This document shows positions 1 to 11,614 of a DNA stretch of 64,000 bases, piece by piece (position 1 is the stretch's first letter; each line of letters opens with the position of its first letter). The position numbers and the translations under genes were made by a program. This DNA is from Octopus vulgaris. Taxonomy: Eukaryota. Below the pieces are notes generated by a model. That model was not told where the DNA came from. It searched no databases and saw only the letters and a program-made list of their open reading frames with translations. The DNA lies in NCBI GenBank assembly GCA_951406725.2, contig OX597817.1:106826001-106890000 (forward strand). The letters run 5' to 3'.

Positions 1-536
1 GTTGCTTAATGTTTTGACATTACTAAGTTGAGTATCTTATCTATACTCCTCCAACATCAAATTCATAATTTAATATCTACTTTTCCATGCTTGCATGGAT
101 TGAACAGAATTGGTTGAGGCAGATCCCCTACAGATGGATACCCTTCCTGTTGCAAACCCTCATCTGTTTCCAAGTATGGCAACATTCCCCATGACCAGAC
201 ATGTTTTCACAAAAGATTGAAAATAAAGAACGCAACTTGCATGATGGTGACATTCATTTACAACTATCACACACACACACATATATTTTCTTTCAACATG
301 TTTTAACAATTGTTAATGAAACTGAAGTTGTGTGAAGTAGTAGTAATGGTTTTAATGAATGTATTTATGTGATGTATGCATGGGTGTGTGTTGTGTCTTA
401 ATATATATATTGAAACAAAGACAGGAAAATTTGGTATATTTTGAATTCCATATTACACATGTTTCATTATAGGATGGGAGTTAAAACATATATTCATGCG
501 GAAAACATGAGACACAATTCTCAGACAAAGATTTGA

Positions 537-697
537 CATGGCTGTGTGGTAAGAAGCTTGCTTCTCAATTATATGGTTCTGGGTTCAATCCCACTGCATG
601 GCACCTTGGGCAAATGTCTTCTACTATAGACTCAGGCCGACCAAAGCCTTGTGAATAGATTTGGTAGACAGAAACTGAAAGAAGTCTGCCATGTGTG

Positions 698-756
<59 letters not shown>

Positions 757-1140
757 AAACTAACATTTGTTTTTTATAAATGACGAAAATGTGTATTGTA
801 TGACACAAATTAAATGAGCTTTTTTTTTAATGCAGAAAGGCTGTTAGAACAGCAGAAATCTTGGGTAAATTATCCTTACAAAGTAGAAAAAATTGTTAAC
901 AGAGAGACATGTATATATCTATGCATATGTGTTTTTGTGTTTGTGTTTGTCCCCCACCATCGCTTGACAACTGCTGTTGGTGTGTTTATGTCCCTGTAAC
1001 TTTTGGCAAAAGAGACAGACAGAACAGATAGCAGACTTTTAAATAAATAAGTCCTGAGTTGATTTGTTCAATTAAAAACCCTTCAAGGTGATGCCCCCAG
1101 TATGGTCTCAGTCAAATGACCAAAACAAGTAAAAGGTAAG
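537..1140 (+). mobile_element. SINE family A (tRNA-derived head, internal microsatellite)
   Basis: Head TGGCTGTGTGGTAAG ... GGGTTCAATCCC (A/B-box-like), CCTTGGGCAA core, tail GTCAAATGAC..AAACAAGTAAAAG. Other copies or fragments near 6460-6665, 10315-10470, 11500-11615, 16915-17120, 19480-19675, 22100-22280, 53585-53720, 56755-56945, 58400-58510. Confidence 0.8.
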
Positions 1141-1428
1141 ATATATAAATCCGTCCCTCACAGTAAAAGTGTTAAAGCCACATCTGGTAAAGAGGATTGG
1201 CTTGCAAGAGTCCTGTACTAGTGTCGCATTAAAAGCACCCAGCACGTACTATTAAATGACTGGCACTCGGATGAGCATTCAGCTGTAGAAACCAAGCCAA
1301 ATCAGACTGGAATCTCATGCAGCTCTCTGGCTTGCCAGTTCTGGTTAAACCGTCCAACCTATACCAGCATGGAAAATGGATGTTAAAGGATGATGGCAGT
1401 GTGTATGTGTATATATGTATATATATAT

Positions 1429-1922
1429 TACATGGAAAGTGCAAGAATGAAAAGTAATATTCTTAAGATTATAAACCTGGAAAAGAACAGGACAAGTTAT
1501 TACACCTGTAAAAGTATAGGACAGGCTATTACTTCTAGTAAAGTAAAGAATAAGAAACTTTTTACTTAAAATATTGCAGCAAAGAATGCCAGTTCTAATT
1601 TATCAGTCATTAATGGTTTTCATCTTTTAAATTTATTGTTCAAAACCGTTCAGCTAATTTGTAAGTTTGTCTAATTAGTCACTTTTTTCTGTATTAAAGG
1701 TAGTAAATTAGCCAAATTCTACTTAAATAAGTATAGTGTTATTTGTAAACTATAATAAAATAAGTTTTAATATTCAAATTTTAATTTTAGCTGCAATATT
1801 TTAAGTAAAAAGTTTCTTATTCTTTACTTTACTAGAATAGCTTGTCCTATACTTTTACAGGTTTATAATCTTTTCATGCTCGCATTTTTATATTACTTTT
1901 CATGCTCACATTTTACCATGTA
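1429..1922. mobile_element. Foldback/MITE-like element with long terminal inverted repeats
   Basis: 48-bp perfect inverted match 1533-1580 vs 1790-1837, extending imperfectly outward to about 1429 and 1922. Confidence 0.75.
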
Positions 1923-2469
1923 GTCCATGATTTTACCAGGCATAAGATAATTAATAATGTGTCAATTAATAATTTAAGATTTCACCTTATAAAATACTGA
2001 AAGATATTTCAATTTTTCCATGTAAGTGATGATAATATTTCAATTTTTTTTTATGTTTAATTTAAACCATGCTAGCATGGAAAGCGGACGTTAAATGATG
2101 ATGATGATGATGATGATGTTGTGATTGAATTATTTGATATTATCCATTCATACCAAATTAATGGCAGGGATTTTTACCATGCTGTTGGTTGCACCATGGT
2201 TCAACAAAAGTTAAAAACAAGACCCCAAAACCAACAGTTACCACCTTAAGTAACCAAATTTTACAATATTAGGAGGTCACAGGAATTCATTCAATGAAAA
2301 AAAAAAATTCCAATGATTCTGGGATTGAGCAAAATTTTTTCAAACCAAAATAAGGGATTTGCAGCATATTAGGAGGTCAGTGTACTTGATTCCATGCAAA
2401 AAATGAAATTTTTTTTTTTTTCTTAGCGAAACTCGTGCGAATGTTAATATAGAAATTTACCATAATGTT

Positions 2470-2665
2470 GTTGTTATTTAGCCTCAAATCAACCCTGATA
2501 CTGCAAAACTATCATCAGAGACATTCCAGCCCTCAGCAAAACGTCTTTTTAGGGATAATCTAGGACATTATGTGCAATGGGCATGTGATTTAGGTAGGGG
2601 GATATTTTGGCTGCTATTTTTAGCGTGTTGAGTGACCAGGTAGAGACTCTTTTATTGGTTTGATT
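2470..2665. repeat. Dispersed ~200-bp repeat family E (unclassified)
   Basis: Shared motifs GTTGTTTAGCC.CAGGTCAGCCCT, ACATTCCAGC and TTTGGCTGCTATTTCTAGCA. Copies near 4095-4245, 7040-7260, 15120-15310, 20200-20365, 21590-21730, 25130-25290, 26190-26405, 33790-33990, 36800-36965, 39115-39330. Confidence 0.65.
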
Positions 2666-3457
2666 GCGTGATGAGATTTTTTTCACATATGTAATATGTG
2701 TAAAAAAATATCAACAGAAGTTAGAGAGTAAGTCAAAAGCTGGAGTTTCATGTATTGGTACTTATGAAATATGAATTTGTCCATTGTCACTCTGTAACTT
2801 TTGATGAAATAACTTCTAAAATACAAAATTTTGTCAAAAACATTAAGAGTAAACCCTGTTCTGTGTGACACATTCTACCAGTATCGGAAGTTTCAAAGTG
2901 TTTAGTTAAAAAAAATTAATTAAATAATCTGTACGTGAATAGATGAATAAAAAGCAAAGTCGACCTTGGCAGAATTTGAACTCAGAACATAAAGATAGAC
3001 GAAATACCACTAAGCATTCAGTGTGCTGATGTTTCTGACAGCTCGCTGCCTCAGAATGTAAACATTCATTTTAGAAATATATTCTTATTGCTTGAGGCAT
3101 TACTTCCTTTCTTATTTTCCCATTTCATGACATTTTACCTCATAACTATTTTTCTACTAATTTTTGTTCAATGTGACTAATGATTCTGAATTCCTCATAC
3201 ATTTTTCTATCATTTAAGCCTATACTTTTATTTTAAAATTAAAAAATTTATTGTTAATTGAAGATGAATACCTGCCTTACTGCCCAACTTGAGGTATGAC
3301 ATATTTTGATGTAACTTTTTTTCTACTGAACCAAATCTCAAACTATTTATGCCAAAGTGTAGCTGAGGAGCTGTCCTCTATAAAACTATTAACAGTTTGC
3401 AATTTAGTTGAGAACTGAATTAGTGGTGAAGCATGGAAGCTGCTGCGATTGATGAAA

Positions 3458-3752
3458 TCATCATCATCATCATCGTTTAACGTCCGCTTTCTATGCTAGC
3501 ATGGGTTGGACGGTTCAACTGGGGTCTGGCAAGCCCGAAGGCTGCACCAGGCCAGTCAGATCTGGCAGTGTTTCTACAGCTGGATGCCCTTCCTAACGCC
3601 AACCACTCCGAGAGTGTAGTGGGTGATTTTATGTGCCACCGACACAGGTGCCAGATGAGGCTGGCAGACGGCCACGCTCGGATGGTGTTTTTCATGTGCC
3701 ACCGACACAGGTGCCAGACGAGGCTGGCAGACGGCCACGCTCGGATGGTGTT
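3458..3752 (-). mobile_element. SINE family C (RTE-like tail ending in (GAT)n) with an internal ~61-bp tandem duplication
   Basis: (CAT)n-CGTTTAACGTCCGCTTTC.ATGCTAGCATGGGTTGG and GGATGCCCTTCC motifs. Relatives near 70-270, 1215-1400, 18195-18520, 19245-19480, 37070-37210, 38490-38810, 49150-49430, 55890-56145, 60980-61240. Confidence 0.8.
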
Positions 3753-4689
3753 TTCGGTGTTGAACTTAAGAATATATTCAACCACTACCGTTATACATAC
3801 ACACACATCACATCAACACAGTGAATAAGAAAATTACTACTACTCCAAATACCTTCAGTTTCCTTAGCAATTACTAAAATGTTGACTGAGAAAACAAAAC
3901 AAAACAAACTGAATGTCAGCCCATGAGAGATTGTCACTGAGGAAGATCATTTCTAGAGTAGACAATTATAAACTCTAATTACAAGGTATTTGATGGATGT
4001 AGTTGTAGTTAGTACTGAAATAAATTTTCCTTAATTATTTTAATTATAAAGTTACCATCTTGTCACTATTATAAACTTGACAGAGACAATGATAGAGCAT
4101 TTACATGGTTGTTTGGCCTGCTAGAAATAGTCAATTTCCCTTAAATCATACACCCACTGCTTTAAAAAAAGTATCCCTAAAATGATAGGTTGGTCAAATC
4201 TACCTTTTGATTGTAAGTTTATTTGGACCTGAAGCTAAACAACAATTTTTTCATTTTTGTTTTACCAATTCATTGAATTTAATTTATTTCTGCACCACTC
4301 ACTTAACCATTTCCTTGCCTGCAATACCCTCAGTGATTAAGGCAGTAAGCTGGCAGAACTGTTAGCATGCCGGGCAAAATGCTTAGCAACATTTCATCTG
4401 TCTTTATATTCTGAGTTCAAATTCTGCTGAAGTTGGCTTTGCCTTTCATCCTTTCAGAGATGATAAAATAAGTGCCAGTTGAGCATTGGGGGTCAATGTA
4501 ATCAACTTAGCCTCTCACCAGAAAATGCTGGCCTGGTGCCAAAATTTGAAACCAATATTCTCAGTGATTATAAATCTCCTCTGCCCACTATTCCTGGAGG
4601 TGAGTAAAGAATCACCAGACACCTCCTCTATAGGCTCCTATCAGAAGCAACAGTCATTACATTTTCCAGTTGTATTTTCAAGTGTGATC

Positions 4690-5135
4690 AGCTGAGACTA
4701 AAGATATTATCTAACCATTTCATTCTTGGTCTACAGCTGTTTTGAGATTCTTTCCTGTGGCATTCTAATCACATGTTCATAGTACTATAATCTCTCAATG
4801 TAGAGAAGTAGCTCAACCTGGAGAGACTCCTTGATCTCCAAGCTACACATCCTATTAAGTAATGTTTTTCTACAAATCTTTCAGAGGAATCCCATTTTGG
4901 CTGCCTGTATTTGCGATTGTATTCTTTCGGTCATTACCCAACATCCATGAGTAGAGGCAAGGATAGACATGGAAACTGAATTGAAGATATTAAGTTTTTT
5001 TTGGGTTTTTTTTTTCTCAGCCTCTTCTCTTCTGAAGAGAGAAAGCTGGTGCATTATGGTGCCAGCATCTATAATTCTAACATCCAATTCAGTTTCCTGC
5101 TTCCATCACTCATGAATATGGCCACAAGATACTTA
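4690..5135 (-). mobile_element. RTE-clade LINE 3' fragment (post-RT region), decayed
   Basis: Peptides KYL..IF.SDG, LDVRI...TIMHQL and HGCWVMTERIQSQIQAAKMGFL match the RTE pattern YGxExWxMTxRxxxxIQAAEMxFLR. Confidence 0.75.
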
Positions 5136-5371
5136 GACAACACACACACAAAATTGGATTCCTTATCAAAATTCAACTCATAGCTGATTTTTCAATCAGC
5201 AAATCTGATAGTTTCAAAACTTTTGTCTATACTGAAACTAGGAATCTTAACAAATCAACAGTGAATTGTTACACCAACAACAAACAAATACAACTGAAAT
5301 TAATTAAACATTCAAGATACATGCAGTCTTGAGAGATACAATGGCTATAACTAGAAAGACTTGTCAGTCTG

Positions 5372-5705
5372 CCTCATGTTCCTGGTGGACAAAATGGAAA
5401 AAGCACTGCTCCAAGGAGATGCACTGGAACAAACCACTCTGACTCACGAGTCTTACACTTGCAAATAGTCATCTCTGTGCCCTGATAGCAATGAGCAGAG
5501 ATGTAGTCTGGTGGAGGGGGCAAGAATGCTGGAAGTCTCGATTGCCAGAGGGTTGCCCACAAATCTGTCAGACAGTGGCAGGCACTCTAACAGTTTGCTC
5601 TTTTCAGCCTGACGAGCAGCAAAGAAGGTTGGCAGTTGAACACAGTAGATTGTAGTAGGTGTCACAACATGTGGAATCCCAGATGAGGGGCCTGCTATCA
5701 CAGAA
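5372..5705 (-). mobile_element. CRE-like non-LTR retrotransposon fragment (restriction-like endonuclease C-terminus), frameshifted
   Basis: Across frames: RPLIWDSTCCDTY ... AARQAEKSK...LSDRFV..PLAIETSSILAPST ... RESEWFV, matching the RLE pattern WDxTxxDT / AExxK / PxAxETxG. Confidence 0.65.
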
Positions 5706-5817
5706 CAAGAAAACTGTCATACATTCTCTCTCGCATATATATATAAAAGAGATATTCTGTCCATTTGTGTGTTTGTTCATTTTTTTTTTGTCCACCAAAA
5801 TGAAAGTAAATGGTTCA

Positions 5818-6100
5818 AGGGAAGCTATAATGCTATTGCCTAATTTGTTTCAACAAAAATTATGCAATGGTACAACACTAATTGTGCATAAACTTATGAG
5901 AAGCTGCACTGAGGCAAATATTCTCACTGGTTGTGGTAAAGATGACACTGTCTTCTTTCCTCGCATACCAGTTATACCATCTAATGTCTCATTCCAATTT
6001 GAGCCATTACAGTTTCCTATCCCACTTTCTTTTGCTGTAAGCATTAATAAAACTCAGGACCAAACACTAAAAGTTGCTGGACTGCAACTTAATGAACAAA
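5818..6100 (+). mobile_element. Helitron PIF1-family helicase C-terminal fragment
   Basis: IMLLPNL...LCNGTTLIV..L....EANILTGCGK...FPRIPVIP...F...QFPI.LSFAVSINKTQDQTL matches the Helitron/PIF1 motifs LCNGTRL, IPRI and QFPxxLxFAMTINKxQGQTL. Confidence 0.88.
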
Positions 6101-6664
6101 CAGAAGTTTGTAAATGAAATCCATCTTTTCCTGCTCAATTATTATATGTTTTTCTCTTATATAATACACACATACAGAACGAGTAAACCTAAGTCTGTAG
6201 TCGAAGTCTCACCCTGGTTCAGATTTGAAACTCAATCTTTCAATTCTCCTTTGGCATACCACCTATTCAAACAGTCAAAAAGAACAGTGACAAATGGATG
6301 TTCCACTTGACCCGTATCCTTTTCAGTGCCATTGCAGTCACCTGGATTCCATAAAGCTATTCTTCCGTATGATATAACCTATTTTTCTAGCTTCTCAGCC
6401 CAAGAAACAGTAAATGATCAAAGACAGGTATTACTGCTAGTATATTATATATATATATATGTTTGTGTGTTGGTGTTTGTCCTCCTCACCATTGCTTGAC
6501 AACTGATGGTGGAGTGTATACCTTCCCGTAACTTAGCGCTTCAGCAAAAGAGATCGATAGAATAAATACTAGACTTACAAAGAATAAATTTGTTCAACTA
6601 AAGGCGGTACTCCACTATTGCCACAGTCAAATGACTGAAACAAGTAAAAGAATAAAAGATAAAA

Positions 6665-6790
<126 letters not shown>

Positions 6791-8304
6791 AATGAGAGTG
6801 TATGTGTATCAATCGAAGCATTTATTAGCTCAGGATGGTCACCAACTAATAAGAGACTGAAGTTATTTTTATTTAAAATAAGTGGAAACAAAGAATTTTT
6901 AATATATGCACGTTAAGACGAATTGTGTGAACCAATAAACGTTTCATTTTGAACTGAGAGAATCCGTTTCTATATTTCTGAGCCAAATACATGCGAACGT
7001 GCACAATAAACTAAAAAGGATAACAAGCAAAACAGCGGAATCTCTTACACGGACGACAAAATTACTAGAAATATCAGCCAAACATACTCTAAATAACACT
7101 ACCATTTATGTAAGGAAACATCGGCCGGTGCGAATCCGAGTGCTCTAAAGCTAAAAAAGGTGAGATGATCACGGTTGGAATGCTTTTGATAACAGGAGTA
7201 ATCGATCAGAGCCGACTTGGGTGTGTGTGGGGGGGGTGGGGGTGATGGCTAAACAACTAAAAAGGAAAGGAAATTCGATTCTAGAATGTTTGCAGGTGTT
7301 GGAATGAAGATATATTTCTCACAGAAATACAGGAAGAAAGATGAAATATTTCTCGTCAAAGCGACAAATAAGACAAATGGAAGTAAAATATAGACTAATG
7401 ATTAATGATTTCCTTCGCCTGCTGCGAAAATGAAAATTGGTTGGTTCGTTGGTGCAATGTTGTTGATTCCTCAGTAATTACAGGATAGTATATCTACAAG
7501 AAGCTAGATCGATCGATCCGATGGCATAGCTGTTGAATTTGAAGTAGAGAAAGTAATTGAAGAAAAGGAAGAGTGACGGAAGGTGGGGAGTGTTCGGTAT
7601 ATTGCATATTCCAAAGTAAACAAACAATGTCAGCCATCTGCCAAAGAGTGTGTGCATGTGGGTAGGTGTATACGTGTGTGTATGTCGCTCAGGTCGAACG
7701 TAATATGATAAGTCAATTACACGAAGATAACTGCTAAAAATATTCAAACAGCATGATATAATTCTGTATCCTAAAACTCTCAGGTTTACCGTTATGCAGA
7801 ACAGATTGTAGTCGTTGTGTGTGTGTGTGTGTGTGCGTGTGTGTGTGTACAGCTACATGAAAATATATACATCACAGCAATACAAGGCGATGTACAACAA
7901 ATATGCTGTTCTTCCAAGAACATATTATTAAATATTTACAACACAACTTAGGACAACTAAAGGCTTGATTTAGCGGGTAAAAATAATGAAAACAATTTGG
8001 AAGCAGCCATGGTATTCACTAGGACTGATTATTGAGGGGTTGTAGTATTTATAACATAAATAGCTGCGTGTGAATTTGAAACATTGTCGAATCAAATTAT
8101 TAACTTCGGTAACGGTATTAATAACTGGGTTTCTTCCATTCCTTTTGTTCGTTTAGTACAGTTATATTTCTTATTTGCATTTAAAGTATTTGAGTATTTT
8201 AAAACTGATAATAAAATAAGGCGGCCGTGCTTCGCATCATTTTCGCAGCGAGGCAATAATAACTCTATTTACAAGACACGACAAATGAAAATGTGGGATC
8301 TTAC

Positions 8305-8524
8305 CGTATTTTTCATATATTTTATGAGGTTGTATAACTTCCAGAAACTGTTTTGTCATAATAAAGAGAAAACTCATTCCTTTCTCCATGGATTTTTCCT
8401 CATTTCGATGCTGTTGAGAAGAATTCTGTGCGAATGAATGGTCAACAAGTGAAAAAGCTATTAAGATCCATAACAATAACACGGAACATGGAACTGCAAC
8501 CGATTTTATTCCTTTTCTCTCCAT
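8305..8524 (-). CDS. PROM1: Prominin (CD133)-like gene, first coding exon (73 codons + 1 nt, phase-1 intron follows)
   Basis: Translation MERKGIKSVAVPCSVLLLWILIAFSLVDHSFA-QNSSQQHRNEEKSMEKGMSFLFIMTKQFLEVIQPHKIYEKY has a hydrophobic signal peptide, an N-S-S sequon and the motif GMSFLFIMTKQFLEVIQP, resembling the prominin N-terminal motif (human GPIGILFELVHIFLYVVQP). Strong donor TACG|GTAAGA at 8304-8303; acceptor tttatag|G puts the exon start at 8569 (45 nt of 5' UTR). Symbol denotes family similarity, not proven orthology. Confidence 0.82.
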
Positions 8525-9103
8525 TTTTCTTCCAGATGGAATGTATTATAAAATCCTTGTATTTAAAACCTATAAATAATAATAATAACAATAATAATAA
8601 TAATCCAATTAAAATTAAAGACATAATATAAAAATGTTTTATTTATCAACATTGTTTTAGTTAATTATGTCATTTGTTTTTTACTGTACGGATATGGAAG
8701 ACAGAATATTTGCAAAATGGGAGTTATATATATGTATTCTAATAAAATATACATACACACACACACAATATATATTCCAACTTATATATATACACACACA
8801 CACACACAATATATATTCCAACTTATATATATATATACACACACAGATATGTATTCCAATTAATATACATACACGCATCTATATATTCCAATTCATATAT
8901 ATATGTATATGAACTGGAATCTTCAGTAAAATCGAAAAGTTACAATTTGAATATACATAAAAGTTTAAAACTTTACAAGAGAAAGACGAGTAACTAGCTA
9001 CCTTTGTTTGTAGTATGTGTATAATTTACTAGAGAAGCACCTGCCGTTAGCTCTGCTAGCGATGAAATGAAGAAGAATAAAACAAGGATTCCCTTTAGAA
9101 ATT

Positions 9104-9148
9104 GTGACGTCACTACCAGTCGCTCCGCCCAGAAATACTTTTCACGTG
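9104..9148. promoter_or_regulatory. Clustered CRE (GTGACGTCAC 9104-9113), GC box (CCGCCC 9125-9130) and E-box (CACGTG 9143-9148)
   Basis: Three canonical motifs within 45 bp, about 600 bp upstream of the prominin ATG, in AT-rich DNA. Confidence 0.5.
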
Positions 9149-10498
9149 TATTTGAGGAGTGTCGAAAGGAGTAAAAATAAATGAATGAATAAATAAGTAA
9201 AAATAGAGGAAATCAAGTTGGGGAAAGTGCCGCCTGCGCCTTATGTCGTTACTGTACAAAAACTACAGTTACAAAGATGTGTACCACACAAATTTACTTA
9301 ACTTACTCGATGGCCTTTCTTAATAATGAATGAGAAGGTATTGGTTTACAAATCCGTTAACCTGTCTCTCACAACATATGTTAACAGGGAAAACAAAGCT
9401 TCATTAAATGTATTTCACTGATTCTCTTTTAAAAATCATAAACAAACTCCAGTCCATGACTTACAAATTTTGTGTGCTATGTGTGTGTGCGTAAAGAGGG
9501 GATGTTCATTTTTAAATGCTTTATTACTTAAAAAAAAAATATTTTTCCATTTGCAGTCACATAATTTACAAATCAGTTATATACTAAATCCAGTTCGGTT
9601 GCCCGTATGCACGCTTCTCCAATAAATCCGTGGCCTTGTACCAATTTTAAAAAATCAATATATTATTTAGAAATATGATACGTATCGATTTCTTTTGACT
9701 TGGTATATATTTTAGAAAAATAATACGGTATATTACTGGTACTTATTTTACCATTCGAACATAAATGAAAAACTGAATTAAGCTAGCAAGATTTGAACTC
9801 ACACACTAGAGGTTGAGGCAAAGACTGTTAGGCATATTCATTTAAATATCATAAATAATTGTTTCAAATTTGGGCACAATGTCAGCAATTTTAGGAGACA
9901 GGTTCAATCAATTACATCGATACCAGTAGAGCACTGGTATTTATTATATCGACTGCAAAGGATGAAAGGCAAAGTGAATGTCGCCGGAATTTGAACCCAG
10001 AACGTAAAGCTGGAAGAAATATCACTAAGTATTTCGTCCGGCATGCTAACGACCTGCCAGCTCAGCACCTCAAATATCAAAATAAAAAGTTAAAGTAATT
10101 GATATTTTAAAAGTGGTTTACTAACTGAGATACAATACATTCTTTATTTTGTTTTGTTTTATATTTTTTGTATGATCAAATCGACCCCAGTACGTTTTTT
10201 TTTAACGTCTGGTACTAATTCGAACAGTCTCTTGCTGAACGGCTAAATTACGAGAACGAAAATAAACACATACACAAACACACACACATATTTATATACG
10301 TACATATTACCCGCTACCACATGGTTCTGAGCTTAGTCCCACAGCACAGTATCTTGGACAAATGTTCACTAAAGCCTAAGGCTCACCAAATTATTGTGAA
10401 TGCATTTGGGACATGAAAATAGAAAGAAGCTCATCACGCACACAAATATAAAATACAGAGATCAAGATGTAAGAAGTACGATATATATATGTATATAC

Positions 10499-10554
<56 letters not shown>

Positions 10555-10699
10555 GTGGCACGTAAAAAGCACCATCCGTTCGTGGCCGTTGCCATCCTCG
10601 CCTGGCCCCCGTGCCGGTGACACGTAAAAAGCACCATCCGATCGTGGCCGTTGCCAGCCTCGCCTGGCACCTGTGCCGGTGGCACGTAAAAAGCACCCA

Positions 10700-11480
10700 C
10701 TACCAGACTTACCTCCTCCAATTCATTCTCTACGTTCAGCAGTCTTTCATAATGGCATCTCCAAGCCTCTTTCTTTGCAGAATCATTAGATGCAAGTGCA
10801 CCATCATTCATGCAGACACATTTCTCTCCAATGATATCACGATTTTCTCTCACACACTGTCTTGCAATTCGAAATACTTCAGTTCTTTGGTCCTCACATT
10901 GCTGAACGTTGGCAAACTTCTATTCTGCTACCCCCTTGGCTATATATACCTGTATCCTAGCTTCCCTTCTGGCTATCTGATAGTTTCCTGCTACCCCAAC
11001 TCTTTCAGGCCTTCCAGGCCTGTTTCTTTGCTCTAATGGCCCTGTCTACAGTATTGTTCCACTACCATGTTACCCTAGGTCTGGAAGGGACCTTGCACCA
11101 GCCACAGATTTGGTCTGTGGTGCTCAGCAAGCTGTCTCGCAAGAATTCCCAGTTGCCTTCTATTTTACATGTCTGTAGTTCCTCTTCCCTCTCATCAAAT
11201 TTCTCGATAAGGATATCCCTAAATCTCTAACCATGTGAAGGGTTCTTAAGCTCCCAAGTCCTTCTTTTCCAGATTAGCCTGCTTCTTGGCATCCTACTGG
11301 CCTCGAGTCTAAAGTCACCAATAACTGGTCTATGCTGGTTGGGGGTACATTTGTATTTAAGAGCAACCATGCATCCCACTGCCTGGTGAGAATGAAATCA
11401 ATCTGGCTAGCAGAGTCACCTGATTTATAGGTTATCAGGTGGCTGGCTGACTTTCTGAAGTCGGTATAGCAGATCAGTAA
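10700..11480 (-). mobile_element. RTE LINE fragment (end of AP endonuclease and linker), same family as the 30.5-32.4 kb copy
   Basis: TDFRKSASHLITYKSGDSASQIDFILTR (APE end) and RENRDIIGEKCV...KKEAWRCHYERLLNVENE; collinear with 31750-32385. Confidence 0.85.
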
Positions 11481-11614
11481 GCCAGATATATACATATACA
11501 CACACACACACACATAATGGGCTTCATTCAGTTTCCATCTACACAATGCTTTGGTTGGCCTGAGGCTATAGCATAAGAGACTGCACCTGATACCTTGCAT
11601 TTGGTAAGCAAGCT

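Larger units (their letters stand above)
6900..10330. promoter_or_regulatory. CpG-retaining (probably hypomethylated) promoter region of the prominin-like gene
   Basis: Visibly more CG dinucleotides than the flanks, even inside old repeat copies; spans the first coding exon. Confidence 0.6.

Noticed and set aside
5659-6117. 152-aa ORF as a host PIF1 helicase gene
   Set aside because: Only the C-terminal motifs are present, conserved residues are mutated (GQT to DQT, NGTR to NGTT) and the N-terminal part is unrelated sequence; fits a Helitron relic.
8237-8304. C-terminal 22 residues of the 95-aa ORF (GKIPHFHL...)
   Set aside because: Read-through into the intron past the GTAAGA donor; prominin similarity ends before it.
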